64,000 bases of DNA from an uncultured Chloroflexia bacterium (lineage in GTDB: Bacteria; Chloroflexota; Dehalococcoidia; GIF9; UBA5629): assembly GCA_963842805.1 (NCBI GenBank), contig CAWJIA010000013.1:123-64122 (forward strand), written 5' to 3'. Under the pieces are notes generated by a model. That model was given only the letters and a program-made list of their open reading frames with translations. It did not search any database and was not told the DNA's origin. This document shows positions 37,670 to 50,060 of this stretch, piece by piece (positions within the stretch are counted from its first letter, which is position 1; every line of letters begins with the position of its first letter). The translations under genes were made by a program, and so were the position numbers.

Positions 37670-38644
37670 ATGTTGTTAATTGACGGAGTAAGGTATGAGT
37701 TATGGGTGCCCAAAAAAGAAGAGGAGGAATTTGAACCACTCGTAACGGATCACATTTTCGAGATTTTTGGTGAGCAATCTGCATTTATTAATATAAAACA
37801 GAAAATGAAAACAAAATCAGGAATCGGTTCTATCCCTGACGGATATGTGATTGTGATCGACAAAATCCCTTCTTGGCACGTGATTGAAATAGAATTGTCA
37901 TGCCATCCTTTGTATGATCACATTGTCACCCAGATGTCCAAATTTAATAATGGAATAAAAAACCATTCTACGCAAAAAGACATGGTAGATATGTTTTATA
38001 ACTACATTGACGGGGAGGAGTTCCTCAAAATTAAGATAAAAAAGTTAATCCATCCAATAGAGTTACATAAATACCTGACTGATCTAGTCGATAAACAGCC
38101 ATCAGTCACCGTCATTATTGAACAGAAGACTGAGGCCCTACAGGAAGCGCTGAGTGCGCTTCCATTTGCCACCACAGTGGTCGAATTTAAGACTTATGTC
38201 AGAGAGGGCGTTAATAACATCAACGTTCACGCACATATCTTTGAGCCTTTATATAAGGTGTCGACAACCCAAAACTCACACTTAATTGCTTCTGTAGATA
38301 CAGAGAATCAATCAGCTAGTCCTATCATAATAAAATTAGGATTGTCTCATATCACTTATCCTTATATCCATATTCCCAAAAACGTCGAAAACTGCTTCCC
38401 GCCCGGAGATAACAATATCATACAGTTCCATACAAACATAGGAATCATTAAAGCGCGTACGTGTGTAGGGTGTTCAAATGGCAAAGACTATCTTGACATT
38501 TTAAAATTGAAAAAAGAGCAAAAATCCGGAGATATCAAGGACTTGAAGGATTGGTTCGAGTTCAACAAAAATCTCAAGCCAGGCGATAAGATACAAATAG
38601 ATGTCGTTGTCCCCAAAAGTGAATTCAAGTTACATACACTCTGA
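37670..38644 (+). CDS. Hypothetical protein in an AT-rich insertion; putative PD-(D/E)xK-like N-terminal domain and B3/EcoRII-N-like DNA-binding C-terminal domain
   Basis: It is a clean 324-aa ORF with markedly lower GC than its flanks. The N-terminus reads GSIPDGYVIVIDKIPSWHVIEIELS. The C-terminus reads ITYPYIHIPKNVENCFPPGDNNIIQFHT...DLKDWFEFNKNLKPGDKIQIDVV. The functional assignment rests on motif resemblance only. Confidence 0.5.
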   Translation: MLLIDGVRYELWVPKKEEEEFEPLVTDHIFEIFGEQSAFINIKQKMKTKSGIGSIPDGYVIVIDKIPSWHVIEIELSCHPLYDHIVTQMSKFNNGIKNHSTQKDMVDMFYNYIDGEEFLKIKIKKLIHPIELHKYLTDLVDKQPSVTVIIEQKTEALQEALSALPFATTVVEFKTYVREGVNNINVHAHIFEPLYKVSTTQNSHLIASVDTENQSASPIIIKLGLSHITYPYIHIPKNVENCFPPGDNNIIQFHTNIGIIKARTCVGCSNGKDYLDILKLKKEQKSGDIKDLKDWFEFNKNLKPGDKIQIDVVVPKSEFKLHTL

Positions 38645-38704
38645 TAACCTCTTGTCATGAGATGAAAGACTGCCATAAAATCGCGATTAAAAGAAAGGCA
38701 ACTC

Positions 38705-38863
38705 GTGCATAGGCATATTGACAAAGTGTTTGGATTCAACACACGGGGGCGGACTCTAAAAGAGGTGCGGGAAAATATAATAGAGGCGCTGCAACTATTA
38801 ATCTTGGCTAATAGAGAAGTAAATTCTTATAATGGCCCTAGCATAAAAATACTACCGCCATAA
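38705..38863 (+). pseudogene. HicB/UPF0150-like antitoxin remnant (C-terminal half only)
   Basis: ...FGFNTRGRTLKEVRENIIEALQLLILANRE... resembles the PGCxTxGxTxEEAxxNxxEA core. The N-terminal beta-strands are missing, and the only possible start is a GTG. Confidence 0.35.
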
Positions 38864-39029
38864 CGCCATTCCAATAATTCCGCGAATCCAATGCCACTTA
38901 GTAACCTTGTTAGCCATATCAAAGAGCCGTTGACAAAACAATCAGCGCAGCCGGTATCAGACGCGGTATAATATTAACTCTTGCAGTATCAACTATCTAA
39001 AAAGATATTTAGAAATTCCGGGGTAAGAC

Positions 39030-41687
39030 ATGAGTGAAATACCTAAAGCCTACGAACCGGGGCCCATTGAAAAGCAGCGCTATAAGTTCTGGATGGACGG
39101 CGGCTATTTCAAACCTAAAATCGATCCAAAAAAGAAGCCGTTCACTATTATTATGCCCCCGCCTAACGTTACCGGCGAGCTGCACGTCGGCCATGCGCTG
39201 ACGGCCACCCTGGAAGATATTATGATCCGCTGGCACCGCATGCTGGGCGATCCCTCCCTCTGGCTGCCCGGAGTGGACCATGCCGGCATCGCCACGCAGG
39301 TGGTGGTGGAGAAGGAGCTGGCCAAAGAGGGGCTGGACCGACATCAAATAGGCAGGGAGAAGTTCGAAGAGAGCGTCTGGCAGTGGGCCAATAAGTCCCG
39401 CTCCGCCATAACAATCCAGCATGAAAGGCTGGGCGCCTCCTGCGACTGGTCCCGTGAGCGTTTCACGCTGGATGAAGGCCCGGTCAAAGCAGTCAAGACT
39501 GCCTTCGTACGCCTTTATAACAAGGGCCTCATCTATCGCGGCGAACGCATTATCAACTGGTGCCCCAGGTGCCGCACAGCGCTTTCCGACCTGGAGGTGC
39601 AGAGCAAGGACCTCACCAGCAATATGTGGCATATGAAATATCCCTACGAGGACGGCAGCGGTTATATCACCGTAGCCACTACGCGTCCCGAGACCTACCT
39701 GGGCGACGCCGCAGTGGCGGTGAATCCTGAGGACGGGCGATATACGAAGCTGATCGGTAAAAAGGTGGTGTTGCCCTTCATCAATCGCGCCATACCCATA
39801 ATTACAGATGAAGCTATCGATAAGGAATTCGGCACCGGCATGGTCAAGGTTACGCCGGCCCACGATCCGGTCGACTTCGAGATATCCGAAAGGCACCATC
39901 TGCCCGTCATACACATATTTAACCCTGACGCCACCATGAATGACAATGCCGGCCCGTACGCCGGGCTCGACCGGTTCGAAGCGCGCAAAAAAGTGGTGGA
40001 AGACTTCGAAAAAGCCGGGCTGATGGAGAAGATCGAACCCTATTCCCACGCCATCCCGCATTGCTTCAGGTGCTCGACAGTGATAGAGCCTGAGGTCAGC
40101 AAGCAGTGGTTCGTTAAAATCGCTCCGCTGGCCGCTCCCGCCATCGAGGCGGTCAAAGACGGCAGAATTAAAATAATTCCCGAGCGATTCAACAAGATTT
40201 ACCTGAACTGGATGGAGAATATACGCGATTGGTGCATCAGCCGCCAGCTCTGGTGGGGACACCGTATACCGGTCTGGTATTGCCAGACCTGTGGGGAAAT
40301 GATCGTCTCCATCGATGCACCCGCCAAATGCACCAAGTGCGGAAGCAGCGACCTGGTGCAGGATCCCGACGTGCTGGATACCTGGTTCAGCTCCGGCCTC
40401 TGGCCGCACTCGACCCTGGGCTGGCCCGACCAGACCCAGGACCTGAAGTATTTCTACCCGACCTCGGTCATGGAGACCGGCTACGATATCCTTTTCTTCT
40501 GGGTAGCCCGCATGATCATGATGGGCATCGAAGATACTGGGAAAGTTCCCTTCCGCGTGGTCTATCTGCACGGGCTGATACGAGATGAGAAGGGCGAGAA
40601 GATGAGCAAGATGAAGGGCAATGTGCTCAATCCGCTGACTGCCATCGACCAGTACGGATGCGATGCGTTGCGTTTCGCCCTCACAACAGGAACGGCGCCT
40701 GGCAACGACCTCAATATGGGACAGCACAGGCTGGAAGCCGGCAGGAACTTCGCCAACAAGATCTGGAACGCCGGGCGCTTCGTATTGACCTCGCTTGAGA
40801 AAGAGCCCGTCAGCAAACAGGCCCTTGAAAAAGTGGCTAAAAACAAATTGAAAGAGACCGAAGACCGCTGGATCGTCTCCAGGCTCAACGGGCTGATTAA
40901 AGAAGTCGATAAATTAATGCTGGGCTTCCAGTTCGGCGAGGCCGAGAGCGATATCCATGATTTTCTGTGGGGCGAGTTCTGCGACTGGTATATCGAGATC
41001 TGCAAACAGAGGCTGGGCAAGGAGAATTCTCCCATGCCGGTGCTGGTCTACGTGTTGGAAACATCTCTGAGGCTGCTGCATCCCTTCATGCCTTTCATCA
41101 CCGAGGAGCTCTGGCAGAACCTCAAGGAAAGGCTGCCGCAGGGTATCCTGGCGTCCCCGGCATTAATCACGGCTGCTTATCCGGTAGCCAATGAGAAGCT
41201 CATCGACCCGGATTCCGAGCGCGTCATGGAAGCCGTCATGGATATCGTGCGTTCCCTGCGCAATACTCGCGCCGACTATAAGGTTGACATCGGCAAGTCG
41301 ATCGAAGCAACGGTTTACACGGACAGCCTGCTATCCGAGATAAAGGCCAGAACGGATATCATCGGGAGGCTGGCCAAGTCCACTCTAAGCATCCTGCCCA
41401 GGGGAAAGAGGCCGTCAAAAGACGAAAAAGCTGTAGTGTCCGTGTTAAAGGAGGCCGAGGTCGTGGTGCCGCTCAAAGGCATGCTAGACATCGATGCTGA
41501 AAAAGCCCGTCTGGCCAAAGAGATGGACGTGCTGCAGCGCGAGATAGCGCGGCTGACGCAGCGACTGGGGGACGCCCAGTTCACCTCCAAGGCCCCCGCG
41601 CCCGTCATCGAGAAGGAGAAAAACAGGCTGCAGGAGTACGAGAACAAGGTTGCCAGGATGAAGAGTGAGCTTCAGCAGCTCGGCTAA
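39030..41687 (+). CDS. valS: Valine--tRNA ligase
   Basis: It has PPPNVTGELHVGHAL (the HIGH motif), KMSKMKGN (the KMSKS motif) and a C-terminal coiled coil. Confidence 0.97.
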   Translation: MSEIPKAYEPGPIEKQRYKFWMDGGYFKPKIDPKKKPFTIIMPPPNVTGELHVGHALTATLEDIMIRWHRMLGDPSLWLPGVDHAGIATQVVVEKELAKEGLDRHQIGREKFEESVWQWANKSRSAITIQHERLGASCDWSRERFTLDEGPVKAVKTAFVRLYNKGLIYRGERIINWCPRCRTALSDLEVQSKDLTSNMWHMKYPYEDGSGYITVATTRPETYLGDAAVAVNPEDGRYTKLIGKKVVLPFINRAIPIITDEAIDKEFGTGMVKVTPAHDPVDFEISERHHLPVIHIFNPDATMNDNAGPYAGLDRFEARKKVVEDFEKAGLMEKIEPYSHAIPHCFRCSTVIEPEVSKQWFVKIAPLAAPAIEAVKDGRIKIIPERFNKIYLNWMENIRDWCISRQLWWGHRIPVWYCQTCGEMIVSIDAPAKCTKCGSSDLVQDPDVLDTWFSSGLWPHSTLGWPDQTQDLKYFYPTSVMETGYDILFFWVARMIMMGIEDTGKVPFRVVYLHGLIRDEKGEKMSKMKGNVLNPLTAIDQYGCDALRFALTTGTAPGNDLNMGQHRLEAGRNFANKIWNAGRFVLTSLEKEPVSKQALEKVAKNKLKETEDRWIVSRLNGLIKEVDKLMLGFQFGEAESDIHDFLWGEFCDWYIEICKQRLGKENSPMPVLVYVLETSLRLLHPFMPFITEELWQNLKERLPQGILASPALITAAYPVANEKLIDPDSERVMEAVMDIVRSLRNTRADYKVDIGKSIEATVYTDSLLSEIKARTDIIGRLAKSTLSILPRGKRPSKDEKAVVSVLKEAEVVVPLKGMLDIDAEKARLAKEMDVLQREIARLTQRLGDAQFTSKAPAPVIEKEKNRLQEYENKVARMKSELQQLG

Positions 41688-42385
41688 GCCGACATGTTGG
41701 ACATTTTACGGTACATGAGCGCCAGCGCCTTCTTGGTATCGCTGGCGATTTTAGGTTTCTCGCTGGTCTTGACACGATACTTAAACAGCCAGTAGGTGAA
41801 TTCCTTTAGCTCGGTCAGCGTCAGGGATTTACGCTGGGGGTATTTCATCTCCTTTTGAAAGTCCTGCAGCAGATCGGCCGGTCCCATCCTGTAGACACGG
41901 CGGTAGGCTTGTTCGGACTCTTCGTCAGGTTTCAAAGCGACCATGCTCCGTTTCCGCACCTCATATATATTGGCTAGTATCAATGCCTGCTCGGTCAGCA
42001 CTCCATATAGATAGTTCAGGTAAGCCCGGTATTTGGCTGGGCCCAGCGCGGCCTTGAACTCGGCTTCGGTCATCCTGACAGGCGGCCTATCGTAAAATAA
42101 TGTGCCGACAAGCTCTTCCTCCGGTATTTTATCCCTTATCTCGCTGCACAGCCGCTCGGCCAGGCGCAGCCAGTCGAAGGCCTCGCCACTCAGCAGATAC
42201 TTATAGTTTGCGCCATCATACAGCTCCTCCGGACTGCGCCACAGGCAGATGGCTTCCAACAGAGCCAGGTACCAGTTGCGGCCCTCGTTCACCGCATTTT
42301 TGAGGTGCTGGATGGCACGTGCGTCGCCAGCCAGGGCCGCCGCCCTCTCTTCACTTTGGTCGGCGGTATTCGTGTTATCGTTCAT
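41684..42385 (-). CDS. Hypothetical protein, last gene of the polX operon
   Basis: It is a 233-aa ORF that overlaps the upstream MBL gene by 11 nt. I recognise no motif in it. Confidence 0.6.
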   Translation of the reverse strand: MNDNTNTADQSEERAAALAGDARAIQHLKNAVNEGRNWYLALLEAICLWRSPEELYDGANYKYLLSGEAFDWLRLAERLCSEIRDKIPEEELVGTLFYDRPPVRMTEAEFKAALGPAKYRAYLNYLYGVLTEQALILANIYEVRKRSMVALKPDEESEQAYRRVYRMGPADLLQDFQKEMKYPQRKSLTLTELKEFTYWLFKYRVKTSEKPKIASDTKKALALMYRKMSNMSA

Positions 42386-43184
42386 ATTTCTTAAGAAAAG
42401 ACTTCACTATATTCAGGGATGAAAATTGCTGCTGCGTCATCTCCGCTATTATGCCCTCAGCACCGAAAATCTCCTGCCTGATCTGCTCGGTATTCATTCC
42501 CCTGCTGTGAAGCTCTGCTACCCTGGCGCCCACTTTCTCCAGGTAGTCGACGGCCTTGTCCAGCTTTTCAGCCGGATCTATCACTACATGGGTCGGAGCC
42601 GGAAACATGATGCGCGGGTTAAGCGCCCGAATTTTTTTCAGATCCTCAAGAATCTGCGACATATTGAACATAGGACGGGAGGCCATGGGCCGCGTGGTTA
42701 CATATAGGTCTCCGGTGAACAGCCAGCCCTGCGATCGCTCGAAAAGGCAGACGTGGTCCAGGTCGTGGCCCGGCGTAGGGATCACTTCGAAGCGGTATTT
42801 CTCCGTCTCAATGAAATCACCCAGAGGCTTTACAAGGCTCGGGACGTGATAGCCCCATACCTCCTCCTGGTAAGGGTACAGGCTGGCCGGCTTGTTTATT
42901 TTATCAATGGCCAGGGGATGTGCGAATATCTCCACCCCATATGCATCCTGGAGGAACTTATTGGCCGATATGTGGTCCTCGTGATAATGCGTGTTCACCA
43001 CCGTCTTGACGCCCCTGTCTTTCAGAAAATCCGTAAGCTCCTGCGCGGTATGGGCGGGACCGCTGTCGACTAAAAGGCCGTCGACCAGATAGGCGCATAC
43101 CCACATGGCGGGCGGGAAATCCGGGTAGCGGCTCATCCTGATCTGCAGGACTTCCCCGTAAGCTTTCGATTCGATCATGGTCAC
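42375..43184 (-). CDS. MBL-fold metallo-hydrolase
   Basis: It has NTHYHEDHISAN and TPGHDLDH, and overlaps polX by 4 nt. Confidence 0.8.
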   Translation of the reverse strand: MTMIESKAYGEVLQIRMSRYPDFPPAMWVCAYLVDGLLVDSGPAHTAQELTDFLKDRGVKTVVNTHYHEDHISANKFLQDAYGVEIFAHPLAIDKINKPASLYPYQEEVWGYHVPSLVKPLGDFIETEKYRFEVIPTPGHDLDHVCLFERSQGWLFTGDLYVTTRPMASRPMFNMSQILEDLKKIRALNPRIMFPAPTHVVIDPAEKLDKAVDYLEKVGARVAELHSRGMNTEQIRQEIFGAEGIIAEMTQQQFSSLNIVKSFLKKYER

Positions 43185-44902
43185 CTCTTCAGGAATTCAA
43201 TCATATCTTTCAGCGGAAGCGCATTCAAAATGTCCTTGCGTTGGCACCAGGCACGCCGGGCAACTCCCACGCCGAAGCGCATCATATTCAGATGCCAGGT
43301 CGCATGTGAATCGGTGCATATGGCCAGTAGCACCCCCAGCTCACGTGCCCTGTAGGCATGCAGGTCCCTGAGGTCCAGCCTGTCCGGCATAGCATTGATT
43401 TCCAGCGCCTTGCCGTTGGCCACAGCCGCACGAAAAACAGCTTCCAGATCCACGTCTACCGGCTCACGCTCCCCTATTTTGCGTGTCGTAGGATGGGCGA
43501 TGATATCCACATGGGGATTCTTGATGGCCCCGATGATACGGTTGGTCATGGTAGCCCTATCCTGCAGAAAGGATGAATGGACGGATGCCACTACGATATC
43601 AAGCTCCGCCAGCACTTCATCGGGAAGGTCGAGGCTGCCGTCGGCCCGTATATCCACTTCCACACCATTCAACAGATAAATCCCTTCCGTTGACCGGTTT
43701 AAGCGTTTGATCTCGGCGGTCTGTCCGGCAAGGCGTTCTATTTTCTTATCGGCCGTAATGTTGCGTCCGCTCGAGTGGTCAGTTATGGCCAGGTACTCGT
43801 ATCCCAGCGCTTTAGCCGCCCCGGCCATGTCCTCCAGCGTATCGTTTCCGTCGCTGCTGACGGTGTGAATATGCAGATCGCCTCGTATATCGCCTAGCTC
43901 TATCAAGCGGGGAATGGCATTTTTCTCGGCCAGCGCTATCTCTCCCATATCCTCCCTGATCTCAGGAGGGATATATTGCAGCCCCAGGTAGCGATAGAAC
44001 GATTCTTCGTCAGCGAATTTTTCCACTTTTCCGGTATTTATATCGGTAATGCCATATTCGCTCAGGCTGAGCCCCTGCTTCTGTGACCTGGTACGCAGCG
44101 CGACGTTGTGCTCCTTGCTGCCGGTGAAGTGCTGCAGCAGGGAGCCGAAGTCCTTGTGCTCCACCATCCTCAAGTCGGCCTGCAGTCCTTTAGGCAATAT
44201 CACGCTAGCCTTGGTTGGCCCCTGCGAAAGCACTTCCCTGACCTGCGGCAGTTTTATAAAGGCCTGGATGACGGATTCCGGGTCATCGGCGGTCCCCATC
44301 AAGTCGATATCGCCCACCGTTTCCTTAAAGCGCCTCAGACTGCCTGCCGGCATCAGGTTTTGTACCCCGGGGACATGGCGCAGAGAGTTCAGTATCTCTT
44401 CAACTATGGGCAGGGCTTCGCCCAGAGGAATGCGCCTATCCTTACGCCTGAAGACTTCGATGGAGTGCAATATATTGGCGGCGGTCTTCTCACCCATGCG
44501 TTCCAGCGATGCCACCCGGCCGTCCTTTATGGCCTTTTCCAGCTGGTCCACCGAGCCCACATTAAGTTCAGTGGCCAGGCGGTAGGCGGTCTTGGGGCCG
44601 ATGCCCGGGATATCCATCAGGTTGATAATGCCCTGTGGGAACTCAGCTTTAAGGTCCTCGTAAAATTTGAGTTTACCGGTGGTTATCAGCTCCATGGATT
44701 TTTTAGCGATGGCATCGCCGATGCCGATTATATCTTGAAAGTCCTTGCCCTCCTCGTGCATTAATTCCATTTCTTGAGGAAGGTGATGTATGACCTGCGA
44801 GGCGCGGGCATAGGCGCGGATTTTGAACTTATTATCTCCTTTGAGATCCAGCAGGTCGGCTATATTCTCGAATACCGCCGCTATATCCGAGTTTTTCATC
44901 AA
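43181..44902 (-). CDS. polX: Family X DNA polymerase with a C-terminal PHP phosphoesterase domain
   Basis: It has HhH motifs (IPGIGPKTA), GSLRRFKETVGDIDL, and a PHP domain (DLHIHTVSSDG...ITDHS...). Confidence 0.9.
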   Translation of the reverse strand: MMKNSDIAAVFENIADLLDLKGDNKFKIRAYARASQVIHHLPQEMELMHEEGKDFQDIIGIGDAIAKKSMELITTGKLKFYEDLKAEFPQGIINLMDIPGIGPKTAYRLATELNVGSVDQLEKAIKDGRVASLERMGEKTAANILHSIEVFRRKDRRIPLGEALPIVEEILNSLRHVPGVQNLMPAGSLRRFKETVGDIDLMGTADDPESVIQAFIKLPQVREVLSQGPTKASVILPKGLQADLRMVEHKDFGSLLQHFTGSKEHNVALRTRSQKQGLSLSEYGITDINTGKVEKFADEESFYRYLGLQYIPPEIREDMGEIALAEKNAIPRLIELGDIRGDLHIHTVSSDGNDTLEDMAGAAKALGYEYLAITDHSSGRNITADKKIERLAGQTAEIKRLNRSTEGIYLLNGVEVDIRADGSLDLPDEVLAELDIVVASVHSSFLQDRATMTNRIIGAIKNPHVDIIAHPTTRKIGEREPVDVDLEAVFRAAVANGKALEINAMPDRLDLRDLHAYRARELGVLLAICTDSHATWHLNMMRFGVGVARRAWCQRKDILNALPLKDMIEFLKR

Positions 44903-45001
44903 CCTATATTATATCAAGGCTGATAGAAAAGCCGCCCAAGATACGAGCCGATACTAGTTAGGAATCAATCCGATAATATCCACAGCGCCGAAGGTGAGTT
45001 T

Positions 45002-47623
<2,622 letters not shown>

Positions 47624-47631
47624 ATTCAGTC

Positions 47632-48591
47632 CTAGTCCGAGAACATAGCACCGATCGACATCCCGGTATGGATGCGATGTATGGCTTCACCCAGTAGGGG
47701 CGCTATCGGCAATACCGTTATTTTGTTAATTTTCTTAGACCCGTTGACCGGTATGGTGTCGGACACCACAACTTCCTTGACGGGTGACTTGGATATGCGC
47801 TCAATAGCCGGACCGGAAAATACCGGGTGTGTGCAGCAGGAATAGACCTCTCTGGCGCCCTCCTTGAGCAGCGCGTCGACGGCATTGACCAGCGAGCCGG
47901 CCGTATCTATTTCATCATCCACGGTTATGGCGCGTTTTCCCGCCACATCGCCGATGATGTTCAGTGTCTCGGTCGAATCGTGGTTGCCCAGGCGGCGCTT
48001 TTCAATGATGGCCAGCGGGGCATTGAGCTTCTCCGCCAGGTCACGGGCGCGTTTGCTGATCCCGATATCTGTAGCGACGACCACTACATCCTTCAAATTT
48101 TTACTCTTCCAGTAATCGCTGAGTATAAAAAGCGCGGTAAGCTCGTCCACTGGTATATTGAAAAACCCCTGAATCTGCGGAGCGTGCAAATCAACCGTCA
48201 GGATGCGCTCCGCACCCGCCGTAGTGAGCAAGTCGGCGACCAGGCGTGCAGTAATCGGCACACGCGGCTGGTCTTTCTTGTCGGTCCGAGCATAACCGTA
48301 GTACGGGACGACGGCAGTTATACGTTCCGCCGAGGCTCGCCGGAAGGCATCCAGTATGATCAGAAGCTCGACCAAGTTTCGCTGGACGGGTGAGCAGATG
48401 GGCTGGATTATGAATACATCGCGTTCGCGCACATTTTCCATTATACGCACGAAGATATTCTCATTGGTAAACTCAAATACCTCCATTTTGCCAAGAGGGA
48501 TATCCAGGTAATCGCAAACAGCCTGTGCCAATGATGGGTGAGCATTGCCGCAAAAGACTTTGATCTCATCCTGGCCAGCAAACTTTTTCAT
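47632..48591 (-). CDS. prs: Ribose-phosphate pyrophosphokinase
   Basis: The motifs are VPYYGYARTDKK, TVDLHAPQIQGFF and VDDEIDTAGS. Confidence 0.95.
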   Translation of the reverse strand: MKKFAGQDEIKVFCGNAHPSLAQAVCDYLDIPLGKMEVFEFTNENIFVRIMENVRERDVFIIQPICSPVQRNLVELLIILDAFRRASAERITAVVPYYGYARTDKKDQPRVPITARLVADLLTTAGAERILTVDLHAPQIQGFFNIPVDELTALFILSDYWKSKNLKDVVVVATDIGISKRARDLAEKLNAPLAIIEKRRLGNHDSTETLNIIGDVAGKRAITVDDEIDTAGSLVNAVDALLKEGAREVYSCCTHPVFSGPAIERISKSPVKEVVVSDTIPVNGSKKINKITVLPIAPLLGEAIHRIHTGMSIGAMFSD

Positions 48592-48755
48592 ACAATTACC
48601 TCCGGACTAAATGCTAGATCATTATAGCATCAACTGCGGAAACGCCCATAACTCCAAGAGCTTATATTACTTCGCCTGCGATATATAGTGGTAACCAACT
48701 TGCGCGGTAAATAATGTATAATTTTATACTGGCAACAGGAGGAAGGGGGAAATAA

Positions 48756-50057
48756 ATGACTCATAAAGCCGTAGAGCTACTCAGAAACTATATAAAACTC
48801 GATACTACCAATCCCCCCGGCAACGAGTACCTGGGAGCTGAATTTTTCGCCCGCATCCTTGAAAGCTACAGCATCCCCTTCAAAACTTACCAGTCAAAAC
48901 CAGGCAGGGCCTCCATACGCGCTGTCATCAAGGGCTCAGGACCGAAAAAACCGCTAATTATGCTGCACCATATGGATGTGGTGCCTGCCAACGGCGATGA
49001 ATGGAGCTTCGACCCCTTCGGCGGCGAAATCATCAACGGGTATATCTGCGGTCGGGGCTCTTTGGATACCAAGTCTCTCGGAATCATACAGCTGTTGGCT
49101 CTTCTGGAAATAAAAAAACGGGGCATTAAGCTACATCGCGACCTTATATTCCTGGCAACGGCGGATGAGGAATCGGGCGGCGATTGCGGCGTAGAATATT
49201 TGCTCCGTGAATATCCGGACGATTTTCAGGCGGAACTTGTTTTGAACGAGGGCGGCTATTTGGTAAAAGACGAGAATAGCAACAGCCTGGTAGCGATGGT
49301 CTCACCTGGCGAAAAGGGCCCCTGCTGGCTGAAACTCAGCCGGAAGGGTATGTCGGGCCACGGATCTACCCCGCACAGTCAGAACTGCCTGGAAAAAATG
49401 ACCAGGGCTGTGAACCGTTTGCTCAACTATGAAATGCCCCTTAAGGTGACCCCTATTGCAGCCGAATATTTCAAAAAACTTGCGCAATCATGGGATTTGC
49501 TGAAGCCCTATGCCGATGACGGCCAGGAGGATACACTGCTTAAGACCCTGGCGAACAATGGTCTGCTGGCACTGCCCCAGATAAGCGCCATGCTGCGCAA
49601 TACCATCAGCCTAAACATGTTGAAGTCGGGAGACAGGGTGAACGTTATCCCGTCCTGCGCCGAGGCGTTGATCGATACACGTTTGCTGCCCGGCCAGGGT
49701 TTACAGGAATGGCTGCTTTTCATTAAAAATCAATTGGCCGATGACGAAATACAGATCGAGACCGTGCTTGGCAACGAGGGCAATGCCTCGGATACGTATA
49801 CCGAAAGCTATAACGTTATTGAAAAGGCACTACTCGACCATTGCCCGGGTGCCATAGTGGCTCCCTACCTGATGACGGGCACCACCGACTCCCGCTTTTT
49901 CAGGGAGAAAAATATGCTGGCCTATGGCCTGTGCCCGGCCGAGGTGTCAATGGATGACCTGAGGTCTATCCATGGAATCGATGAAAAGCTATCGATAGAC
50001 AGCCTGATCAAGGGGACCGAAGTCTATACGGACATTATCCGGAGATTGTGCGCTTAA
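48756..50057 (+). CDS. M20-family metallopeptidase/deacylase
   Basis: The motifs are MLHHMDVVP, GRGSLDTKS, ATADEESGG and NEGG. Confidence 0.85.
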   Translation: MTHKAVELLRNYIKLDTTNPPGNEYLGAEFFARILESYSIPFKTYQSKPGRASIRAVIKGSGPKKPLIMLHHMDVVPANGDEWSFDPFGGEIINGYICGRGSLDTKSLGIIQLLALLEIKKRGIKLHRDLIFLATADEESGGDCGVEYLLREYPDDFQAELVLNEGGYLVKDENSNSLVAMVSPGEKGPCWLKLSRKGMSGHGSTPHSQNCLEKMTRAVNRLLNYEMPLKVTPIAAEYFKKLAQSWDLLKPYADDGQEDTLLKTLANNGLLALPQISAMLRNTISLNMLKSGDRVNVIPSCAEALIDTRLLPGQGLQEWLLFIKNQLADDEIQIETVLGNEGNASDTYTESYNVIEKALLDHCPGAIVAPYLMTGTTDSRFFREKNMLAYGLCPAEVSMDDLRSIHGIDEKLSIDSLIKGTEVYTDIIRRLCA

Positions 50058-50060
50058 CCG

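Noticed and set aside
38864-39029. A T-box or other leader upstream of valS
   Set aside because: I could not find a specifier-loop/T-box consensus (AANNNGGGTGGTACCGCG-like) or a terminator/antiterminator pair. I saw only a TATAAT box at 38967-38972.
39009-40727. A 572-aa ORF antisense to valS
   Set aside because: valS on the plus strand is unambiguous (HIGH and KMSKS motifs). The antisense ORF has no motifs and is an artefact of codon bias. The same reasoning applies to 14198-15346 (anti-pyk), 46268-47389 (anti-secA), 26142-26969, 33958-34590, 35618-36250, 37108-37713 and 23182-23928.
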